Of a stretch of 64,000 bases of DNA, positions 36,752-64,000 are shown piece after piece. Made by a program: the position numbers and the translations under genes. The number at the start of each line of letters is the position of its first letter. The first letter of the stretch is position 1. The stretch is from Gekko japonicus. Taxonomy: Eukaryota. A model generated the notes under the pieces. That model saw only the letters and a list, made by a program, of their open reading frames with translations, did not search any database and had not been told where the DNA came from. Where the stretch lies: NCBI RefSeq assembly GCF_001447785.1, contig NW_015164664.1:425924-489923 (forward strand), in the 5' to 3' direction.

Positions 36752-39369
36752 AATTGCCAGAAGAGAAGAGGGATCATTGGGAAATCTTCCCCTAATTCAA
36801 ATTTTCCCCTCCTGATTACTCTGAGTTCTTAGGGCTAGATTGGGCCACCTGAACTTCTTTCCCCATCCTTTGAACAGATGCCCAGTCTAGGGATGCCAGG
36901 CCCAGGAGCTTTAGGGCAAGAAGTAAAACTGGTGTCACATGACATGTGATGTCACATCCAGTTGAAAACCCAGATGTGATGTAACTATCTCAGGCAATAC
37001 TCTGACTGTACTCGCCATGGAGTTTTCAGGGATGGCCAGAGCATTGCCCAATAAGCCATCTGAGTTTTCAGCTGGATGTGAAGTTGCACATTGTACAAAG
37101 TCACTTTGCCCCTGGACTTTTCTCTGGTTGGTCTGGAGACCAAGGTCAGGCCCACCAGCAGGAGCCCTCCTATCATAAGTAGGCACATGGTAACCCTATG
37201 CTCAGCCGTCCTCAACCTTCCATTCCTCATTGAGGGCAAAGAGCATGTCCAGGCTTAATTGGGCCATTACTTAGGGGGAGGTGTCTTCTTTTTTTTAATT
37301 TACAAAGTAATGTTTTCTGTACATCTGGGGAACCTTCTCAATTAGTGTTTTCCCCTGTAATCCTGGGGTTTCCCCCCTGGGTCTGCTAACTCCTAAATTC
37401 TAGCTTTGACTGGCCCCATTGGTCAATTTTTAAAAATCCATATTGGATCCAGTCCTTGGCTATTAGACAGATGATCCTAATAAAAGGTGGACGTTTTTTC
37501 CTCCCAGCTCTGCTGTTGTTTATGGAGTTCTGTACAGCTTTGTAAGATCATGGCTATACAGGTCCAAGACAAGCTCTATACCAGACAATATATTTGGGGT
37601 CCTTATGGGAAAAACCTCTGCCCCGTAGCCTAGCTGTTCCCTTCCCACCATTTTTTGGAACACAGTTTTCTATCTCCAGGTTTCATTATAACACACATTC
37701 ATGGGGCCTCTGTCTAGGATAAAGGCCAATTTTCAAAAAGACTATTCTAATAAACCATAGGAAAGTAGAAGACGACTTTACTCTGTTCTTACTGGAACCA
37801 TCAGATTCCCTCATTTCCTGGTGGTTGTTTGTTCTGATTATTATCAGCAGGTTGGTATCAAATCAGCATGAAATGTTAACTGTAGATCAAGGAACAGCTA
37901 CAGTGATGGGTTCAAGAATTGGAACTCTTGACTGTCATCCTTCTCCTTTGTTGTAGGTGGGAGCCAGACAAACTGAACCTGAGTGATTGTGGAATGCTGC
38001 AAAGAAACTAGAGACTTTCCTTGCAGGGTTTTTTTATTCACTCCTGCATGATAAAATGCACCTGTCACTTCTGTCTACCAGTATGATAAACGATTTAATT
38101 TCTACCTAATCTACAGCTCTACAGTGAATTCAGCTCTTGGAGAGTTAAAGCCTCATTAGATGAACACAGCTGCAGAAGCCTCAATTAGGGTCTACTAAGT
38201 AAGATTGCTGAGAGAAAAATATTACAATGAAATGTTATAGGTTGGATGCCAGATCCTTTGCCAGCAGAACAAGCAGAGAACTTTTGTAATGACTTTATTT
38301 AAAATAAAGCATAATTCTTTTTATCAGGCAAGAACCTGACAAATATAAACAGGTGCAAATTAATCCTATATGTCCAGAAAAATGCATGCAATAAGAAATA
38401 AGAGCTAATATTTCTTAAACTTAGCTAGATACATAATCGCTACAATTCCCTATGATTATGGCAGATCAGGTTTTAAACTGATAGGGAGAATGTTATATAA
38501 AATTGGAAGCCCATCACACAAGATATGCTTACCCAATATAAAGTCTCCTTTTACTGGAAGCCACCATCAGAAACCCTGATTAGACCTCCACATGACTTTT
38601 TTTATAGAGAAGGTAACGATTAGGATTGGCCTTTAAATCTAACCATTGGTCCCTAAATGTACTGTGCTAATGAACAGTACCTGGTGAACTAATGACAACT
38701 CTCATTACATTCTCAAAGCAAGGTTATAAGGATAAAAATAGTACTGTTCGTATCAAGAGAACAATAAATCTAATATGTCTTCAGCTACACGAATGAACTG
38801 GCTGAAGGCAGCCCTGGACCTTTGGTACTTTGCCCGACCAGCAGCTGAACCTTACATAGGTCATGATACTACATAAGAATATACAGACTGACATGTAGAC
38901 ATACCATACTATGTGACACCAGGCTAGGCCTGGGATTGACATGTTGTCCTTCTGGTATTTGCTCCTTAGCCTTGAACAGAATCCTGAAACACGGACTATT
39001 AGAAGGTAAAGCTTTTCCTGGCATGGAGAGCAAAGCAATGTGAGAAGCTTCCATGAGAGGTACAGGAGCGAGGCCAGTAAAAAGAGTTGGCATTCGTGGG
39101 CACAACAGGAACAACTGGCTGCTAAGAATTACCTGCTAGATGCCCTGCTTTGGAACTATTAAGAGGATGGATATAAGCACATGCTTGAACTGAAGAAATT
39201 CTGCTTACATGGGATCTCTCTCCACTCATGTACATAACCCAGAGTCTACAGCATGGAACAATACCTGGGACTTCCACTCCTGGAAACCAGCAAAAGTGTC
39301 TGATCTATTCAACTGTTTAACAATCCTCTCTCAATCCTATGGAAAGAACCAGTATTTCTTCTCTCCTAG

Positions 39370-42300
39370 TGTTATATACTGAGATAATTACATCAGTGCT
39401 AGCGAGGCCATGCGGCCAAGCACACCTTTGGGTGCTAGAACAATAGAGGAATTGGATCCTAGGGCAGACCAATTGGAGCGCCCGGATTCTAAAGTAGACC
39501 TATGATGGACTCCTCCACTGTAAATAGCCTATCACTGGTGTTGGGGTGTGTGTTGGGTGTGGGGTACTGAAGGGATTTAAGCAGGGCTCGGACCTCGCTA
39601 GTTTGTCTTTTGTTTTGCTTGCTTAATGCACCATGAGCTGATCACTACTCAACGTCTCCGAACTCAGTACATTATACTGGCGACGAGGATGGGATCCCGA
39701 TGAGCGACCCTAACTCCAATTCAAGCACCACACCGTGCACCACTCCCCAGGACATTGCGCCTTGCATTGCTCTGAGAGTCATGGCTGCCGCTCAGGGAAA
39801 CATCAGGGCATTCGACCCCGCTCACCTTGAGTTCTGGGACGCGTGGGTAGAGCAGCTCATGTTCTTAATCCTCTACCAAGAAGTTGCCGATGCTGGCAAG
39901 AAAAAGGCTCTGCTCCTGAGCATGTGCGGCATCTCCACGGTATGGCTGGGCCAGGGCCTCATCGCTCCCAAGAAGCTGGACACAGTAACATACAATGAGC
40001 TAACCAAGGCTCTGACCGATTATTTCACGCCAAAACTGACCAAGATGGCTAAGCGCATGGACTTTGTGGTGCGCTCCCAGAGGTCCAGGGAAGCAGTTGC
40101 CGTCTTCATGGCTGAAACTCTGCAGGCTGGCCATCAACTGTGAGTTTCCGGTGGTCGAGGACACCCTCCTAACCCAGTTCATCTGGGGCGACCGGGACCC
40201 TAAGCTCCACTGCAAGCTCATTGGAACTGATGAGCTCACGTTGATGAAGGCCCTCCACCTGGCTGCAGCTTTCGAGGAGTCGCATCAGGATCACCAGTGT
40301 CCCTCCATGCACCAGACGTCCACTGCAGCGGCCTTGGACACATCGGACGAGGAAGACGTGCTACAGGTATGATGCCTGGCCCGCAAAGATTCAAAACCAA
40401 ACCCCTCTACTACCAGCGCACAAGCGGCTTGTGCAAGCTGCGGGGAGGCGCATGAATGTCGGACCTGCTATCTCCGCGACGTGGTGTGCCGAACCTGCAG
40501 GAAACAAGGTCACATCTCCCGTGTCTGCAGATCCCGAGGGAACCAGTATCGCCCAACCGTGCACCAGGAAACAGCAGAGTTTCACAACGTCCACCATCAT
40601 CAGGTACATTACTTGCCCCAGGACGCCCCCCGACAAAATAAAAGTGACTGTGATGATTGAAGGGGCCCCATGCGAAATGGAATTGGACACGTATCTGCAG
40701 ATCCCGAGGGAACCGGTATCGCCCAACCGTGCACCAGGAAACAGCAGAGCTTCACAACGTCCACCATCATCAGGTAAATTACTTGCCCCAGGACGCCCCC
40801 CGACAAAATAAAAGTGACTGTGATGATTGAAGGGGCCCGTGCGAAATGGAATTGGACACGGGATCCTCCCTGTCCATCATCTCGGCAGAGACCCTGCGAG
40901 GCCTCTGCCCACAGGGTGGCCCGCCGCTTGTAAACACTGGGCTCAGACTAAGGGACTTTCAAAAGAACCCGGTTGCCATCAAGGAGGCGGGCAAGTTCCG
41001 AGTGCAGTACAAAGACTTTAATGGACTGTTAGACCTAGTGGTGGTAGAGGGCCAACTCACCAGCCTCCGCGAGGCCTCTGCCCACAGGGTGGCCCGCCGT
41101 TTGTAAACACTGGGCTCAGACGAAGGGACTTTCAAAAAAACCTGGTTGCCATCAAGGAGGTGGGCAAGTTCCGGGTGCAGTACAAAGACTTTAATGGACT
41201 GTTAGACCTAGTGCTGGTAGAGGGCCAACTCACCAGCCTCCTGGGACTAACGTGGTTCAGAGCCCTGGGATTCGCGGTGACCAGGGTGCACCACGTGCGA
41301 GCCACGGACTTTAACAAGATGTGTGATGAGTTCCCAGCTGTATTTGATGGAATGCTTGGCCGATACACTGGCCCTCTGGTCACCCTCACCCTTAACCCCA
41401 CGGTGCACCTCCTCCGCATGAAGGCCAGGTGGGCTCCGTTTGCACTACAACCCAAGATAGACACGGAGCTGGACCGCCTCGTGGCCCAGGGGGTATTGGA
41501 ACTGGTCCCCCATCATCACTCCCGTGAAGCCCAATGGGGATGTCAGGATATGCGCAGACGCCCCACGGTGCACCCCATCCACATGAAGGCCAGGCGGGCT
41601 CCATTTGCACTACAACCCAAGATAGACACAGAGCTGGACCACCTTGTGGCCCAGGGGTATTGGAACTGGTCCCCCACGCGCTGTGAGAAACCCCCATCAT
41701 CACTCCCATGAAGCCCAATGGGGATGTCAGGATATGCGCAGACTATAAATGCACTATTAACAAGGCCCTGCAGGACCACGCTTATCCTGTCCCCATCATC
41801 AGCTACGTCTTGGCCTCCTTGGCGGGCACCAAGATCTTTGGGAAGCTAGATCTGGCATAGGCGTACCAAAAGCTCCCTGTGGATGATGCCACCGCCGAGG
41901 CACAGACGACAGTGACACATAGGAGTGCGTTCCGGGTACGGAGGCTGCAGTTTGGGGTCAGCATGGCCCCGGGGATCTTCCAGAACCTCATGGACTGTTT
42001 GCTTAAAGGTATACCCGGGGTCCAGCCCTTCTTTAATGATGTTCTGATCACGGCACCCATGGCCGAGATCTTCACAGAACATCTGCACGCCGTCCTACAT
42101 TGTTTCAACGCAGCCGGGTTGAAGGTAAAGCGGGAAAAGTGCCTCCTGGGAGTCCCAGGGGTTGAGTTCCTGGGGTTTGCAGTCAACGCGCAGGGCATCC
42201 ACCCCACACCCGACAAGATCCACGCCATCGTGGATGCACCTACCCCCTCTTCTAAGGCAGAACTGCAGGCCTTCCTGGGCCTGCTGAATTTTTACCATTC

Positions 42301-43912
42301 GTTCCTGCCGCACAAGGCGGCTGTCACCGAGCCCCTGCACTGCCTTTTCGACAAGCATGTCCTGTGGATCTGCGGCCCAAAGCACGCCACCACGTTCTAA
42401 GCAGTCAAGGAACTCCTGACCTCCAACGATGTCCTCGCTCACTTCAGAGGCGTGCGATGCCTCTCCTTACGGGGTTGGGGCTATGCTGGGGCACCAACTG
42501 CCAGATGGTCATAAAAGTGACTGTGATGATTGAAGGGGCCCCGTGCGAAATGGAATTGGAACGGGATCCTCCCTGTCCATCATCTCGGCAGAGACCCTGC
42601 GAGGCCTCTGCCCACAGGGTGGCCCGCCGTTTGTAAACACTGGGCTCAGACGAAGGGACTTTCAAAAAAACCTGGTTGCCATCAAGGAGGTGGGCAAGTT
42701 CCGGGTGCAGTACAAAGACTTTAATGGACTGTTAGACCTAGTGCTGGTAGAGGGCCAACTCACCAGCCTCCTGGGACTAACGTGGTTCAGAGCCCTGGGA
42801 TTCGCGGTGACCAGGGTGCACCACGTGCGAGCCACGGACTTTAACAAGATGTGTGATGAGTTCCCGGCTGTATTTGATGGAATGCTTGGCCGATACACCA
42901 GCCCTCTGGTCACCCTCACCCTTAGCCCCACGGTGCACCCCATCCACATGAAGGCCAGGCGGGCTCCATTTGCACTACAACCCAAGATAGACACAGAGCT
43001 GGACCACCTTGTGGCCCAGGGGTATTGGAACTGGTCCCCCACGCGCTGTGAGAAACCCCCATCATCACTCCCATGAAGCCCAATGGGGATGTCAGGATAT
43101 GCGCAGACTATAAATGCACTATTAACAAGGCCCTGCAGGACCACGCTTATCCTGTCCCCATCATCAGCTACGTCTTGGCCTCCTTGGCGGGCACCAAGAT
43201 CTTTGGGAAGCTAGATCTGGCATAGGCGTACCAAAAGCTCCCTGTGGATGATGCCACCGCCGAGGCACAGACGACAGTGACACATAGGAGTGCGTTCCGG
43301 GTACGGAGGCTGCAGTTTGGGGTCAGCATGGCCCCGGGGATCTTCCAGAACCTCATGGACTGTTTGTTTAAAGGTATACCCGGGGTCCAGCCCTTCTTTA
43401 ATGATGTTCTGATCACGGCACCCATGGCCGAGATCTTCACAGAACATCTGCACGCCGTCCTACATTGTTTCAACGCAGCAGCGGGAAAAGTGCCTCCTGG
43501 GAGCCCCAGGGGTCGAGTTCCTGGGGTTTGCAGTCAACGCGCAGGGTATCCACCCCACACCCGACAAGGTCCACGCCATCGTAGATGCACTTCTAAGGCG
43601 GAACTGCAGGCCTTCCTGGGCCTGCTGAATTTTTACCACTCGTTCCTGCCGCACAAGGACAAGCATGTCCTGTGGATCTGGGGCCCAAAGCCCGCCACCG
43701 CGTTCCAGGCAGTCAAGGAACTCCTGACCTCCAACGATGTCCTCGCTCACTTCAACGAGTCCCTCCCGGTCATCCTCGCGTGCGATGCCTCTCCTTATGG
43801 GGTCGGGGCTGTGCTGGGGCACCAACTGCCAGATGGTCATGAGGTTCCGATTGCATACTATCCCCACACCTTGTCATCGGCGGAGCAAAACTACACTCAG
43901 ATAGACAAACAG
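39370..43912 (+). mobile_element. Ty3/Gypsy LTR retrotransposon (Mag-like), 3'-truncated and internally duplicated
   Basis: 5' LTR 39370-39676 with imperfect terminal inverted repeats, then a PBS. Gag from 39700 with two CCHC knuckles (~40429-40530), protease MELDTGSSLSII, RT (RLQFGVSMAPGIFQ, FFNDVLI), RNase H (ACDASPYGVGAVL...AEQNYTQIDK). No integrase or 3' LTR. Confidence 0.92.
39678..39695 (+). promoter_or_regulatory. Primer-binding site complementary to tRNA-Ser(GCT)
   Basis: TGGCGACGAGGATGGGAT is the reverse complement of the recalled 3' end of vertebrate tRNA-Ser(GCT) (...ATCCCATCCTCGTCGCCA), 1 nt after the LTR. Confidence 0.8.
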
Positions 43913-46435
43913 GCTTATGACCTCTATCACATTGCCAGGAGATACTGATAGAGAGATATAGAACTGAGTGTCATCAGCACATTGATGGTATCCCGTTCCA
44001 AAAGTATGAATGATTTCTCCTAAGGGATTTACATAACAGATTGAATAGCATGTAGAACAAGACTATGCCCTATGGAGCACCACATGATAAATCCCACACT
44101 GATGATAACTGGTCTCCAGCAGCAACTCTTTGAGTCATGTCCGTAAGGAATTTAAACCCATCCAAGAACATTCCTTGATACCTATTTCTTCCTCCAAACA
44201 TTTCAACCAGGTGGTGTGCCCTACTGTATTGAAGGCTGTGGATAAATTCAGGAGGAGCAACAAAGAGGCATGATCTTTTTCTACATTCAGACAAAGAACA
44301 TCATTTGAGGCCATGAGTACTATTTCCATCCCATTGTTCAACCTGAGACCAAACTGAAAAAGGTCCAGAGCACAAGCTATTCAGGAAGGCCTGGGGATGG
44401 TTCACTACCACTCTCTCAATCTCCTGGCCCATAAAGGGCAGATTACAGACAAGGTAACAATGACCACATCATTTTTCTGGAGGGATGGGATTTTAAGTAG
44501 TGGATGGATGAGTGCCCAAGGGAAGGTGCCTTGAGTCAGTGACTGATTTATGATGGCCATCAATGACTGGTTAATGTGGTCCTTATGTCATTTTAGCAAT
44601 CAGAATGGACAAGGATCCAGAGCATAAGTGGTAATCTTCATAGATCCCAGGAACCTGTCAACATCCCTCACAGTAATTGGATCAAAATGGTCCATAAACA
44701 GGCCATGTAGTATTTCATCTCTCTCAGTGATGTTATAACTGGTACTGAAATCAGAACATATTCCAAGAGACTTGATCAGCAAAAAACTTTGCAAAAGCAT
44801 CACTACTACTTTTGTATTTCTGAGATAATAAAGTCTCCGATTTAAAAGTCAGTAGAGGCTGAGGTATCTTAAACGATTCGGATGATCATGAACTGGCTGA
44901 TGAAATTATAGCAGAAAAATAACACTTCTTTGTCATTGTTACGGCTGCTTCATAGGTCTTCCAGGGAGCTCTATAGGACACTTTGTTGGATTTAGCATGG
45001 GTTTTCCACCAGCATTGCTCTAGATGTCTTCTGGCACTCTTTGGGTCATCCATCTCCATGAAACCAGGAGCCAGGTTTCACCCTAAGGGTGAGAGAGGTC
45101 AACAGGGGACAGTCTTCTCAATATCTTCTAGGAGTTTCACATTCCAAACTGCACTGTTTTTTTTAAATCCTAAAATCCCCCAGACCATTCCAGTAGGATT
45201 CACTAGCATCTGCAGGAGGACCATTTTAACCATGCACCCTCTCAGTTTACATGTCGGACAAGGGCATCCTTGCCAATGGCTTCTAGGAGCTTCATGTTCC
45301 AAACTCCCACCACAGCATAAACAGGGTAATCTTTTGCAATCCCAGTGATTCTAGAATCCAGTAGAAGCCATGAGTCTTCATGGGCAGACCATTTTAACTG
45401 GCTCCCCGCTCCCGTGGAATGTAAAACTACATTCATCCTTGTCTTGAGTAGATAGCGATGAGAACATGGTACAGGGCAGACTCTATCTTCTCAATAGGAT
45501 GTTCCCTCAAAGAATCATTGCAAAAAATTAGGCTCAGGGTTTGACCTTTTCATGTGTTTGGCCTGTCATGATTTGAGAGAGACCCATGGCAGCCAAATAT
45601 GGTGAATTACGGTGCTGGAGAAGACTCTTGAGAGTCCCCTGGACTGCAAAGAGATCAAATCAGTCAATCCTAAAAGAAATCAACCCTGACTGTTCCCTGG
45701 AAGGCCAGATAATGAAACTGAAGCTCAAATACTTTGGCCACCAAATGAGAAGGGAGCACTCACTGGAGAAGACCCTGATGCTGGGAAAGAAGAAGGTCAA
45801 AGAAGAAGGTGACAGCAAAGGACGAGATGGTTAGACAGTGTTACCGATGCAACAAACATGAAATTAAGGAAACTTCGGAGCACAACCGAAGACAGGAGGG
45901 ACTGGCGTGATGTGGTCCATGGGATCGCGAAGAGCCGGACTCCACTGTGCGACTGAACAACAACAACAAATGGCAGCCAAAAAGGCTACAAAATCCTGGG
46001 CCACCCCTGATGAGGAATCTTTGGGTGTGAATGTTGAAATCTCCCAAACAATCAGTCTAGGTATCTTCAGTACCACACCAACTAGCATTGCCAGTTCAAA
46101 CGGGGTGCCCGCTAGAGAATGAGGCAGCCGGTAAACCAACAGGATGCCTAATCTATTCTTAGGCCCCAGTGTGATGATGAATACAGTGTCAGTGCCATCA
46201 ATAGCTTTCTCCAGGAGTCTGTGAAAGGGGCTCACAGAGGATTATAGCCACCTCCCCCCACCGTCCAATGATGGGTTATTGAAGGACTACATAACCCAGT
46301 TAATTGGAGCAGACCACCACATTGCTTTCTTTCAACCAAGTAAGTTTCAGTTATGGAAGCCAGGTCAATTTTCTCTTCCTCCAACAATCTAGACAGTAGC
46401 ACAATTTTGCCCTTCATTGATCTGGTTCTGCACAA
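43913..46435 (-). mobile_element. Decayed L2/CR1-clade LINE ORF2 (endonuclease to RT)
   Basis: APE motifs IDLASITETYL, GILLVYRLP, GDFNIH; RT motifs LLNLSTAFNTV and HQCADDTQF; many frameshifts. Confidence 0.8.
45598..45969 (+). mobile_element. RTE-BovB LINE 3' fragment
   Basis: ELRCWRRLLRVPWTAKRSNQSILKEINPDCSLEGQIMKLKLKYFGH...SLEKTLMLGK, (CAA)n tail, 12-bp TSD atggcagccaaa (45586-45597; 45970-45981). Confidence 0.92.
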
Positions 46436-47089
46436 TATTAAAAAGGAACTAGAAGTAACAAGGCTCTTGAGTCATCATCTCTTGGGATGCTACAGATATT
46501 AGATAAACTGCAAGCACTCTTGCCTAGTGGTGGTCATTTTAGAAAATTCCCACCCCCATATCTACCAGCTCCCATCTGCATCCAACTCCCACTTTCATCA
46601 AACATCCTGCTCCAGGCACAGACTGCCATCAGAATGGCTAGGAAACCCCACCTGGGAATCCCCCTGAATTACAGCTCATCTCCAGACTACAGAGTTCAGT
46701 TCCCCTAAATGAGTTGGAGGGTGGACTCCATGGCATTGTATCTCACCAAAGACCCTGTCCTCCTCAGGCTCCATCCCCAAATCGCCAGGAGTTGGGAACC
46801 CTACCCCCCACCAGTGGCCAGGGGGGGACCTGGCAATCCTAAACCCCATATATATGCAGCATGCTACTTTCCACAGAGAAGCCAGAAAGTATTCCCAGGC
46901 TACCTTCTTGATGTATTAAAAGTTAGTGTTGTCCACCAAGTGCTGTTTAGTAGTGTTTATTTCTGTATTTATTTGATGTTCATTTGTTTTATTGGTATTC
47001 CAAAAATATACTAACAAGCATTACAATACATAAAACCAGAAATTCTACTGATGCACAGCTAACCGAAAAACCCTCAAAGCCATCTTTGT

Positions 47090-64000
<16,911 letters not shown>

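Noticed and set aside
37300-39360. Possible ancient LINE remnant or hidden exons
   Set aside because: No motif or exon could be recognised with confidence by eye.
39700-43948. Domesticated gag/pol-derived host gene
   Set aside because: Frameshifts, stops, a broken RT catalytic motif and a retained LTR and PBS indicate a dead retrotransposon.

Overview
Vertebrate genomic DNA from a gapped scaffold. The repeat content (CR1, L2, RTE-BovB, 5S- and tRNA-derived SINEs, many hAT MITEs) points to a squamate reptile, probably a gecko (inference). It holds the conserved block CXorf65 orthologue (- strand, 6 coding exons, 2919-13956), IL2RG/common gamma chain (- strand, 8 exons, 16665-33019, end of exon 1 lost in an N gap) and MED12 (+ strand, 22 exons from 47615, running off the window). 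A CpG-island promoter and probable first exon of an unidentified - strand gene lie at 1-480. The ~14.6 kb between IL2RG and MED12 is mostly transposable elements: an ORF1-only 'half-L1'-like retroposon with poly(A) and TSD, a truncated and internally duplicated Ty3/Gypsy element with a tRNA-Ser PBS, and a decayed L2 carrying a BovB insertion. Best leads: (1) a LINE inserted into the MED12 exon 9 splice donor, duplicating the donor and sitting in frame with MED12 with its own AATAAA; (2) the ORF1-only L1 derivative; (3) the WSXWS motif changed to WSLPA in an otherwise intact IL2RG. All exon boundaries were derived by hand from GT/AG signals, reading-frame phase and recalled similarity to human proteins. 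No database searches were run.
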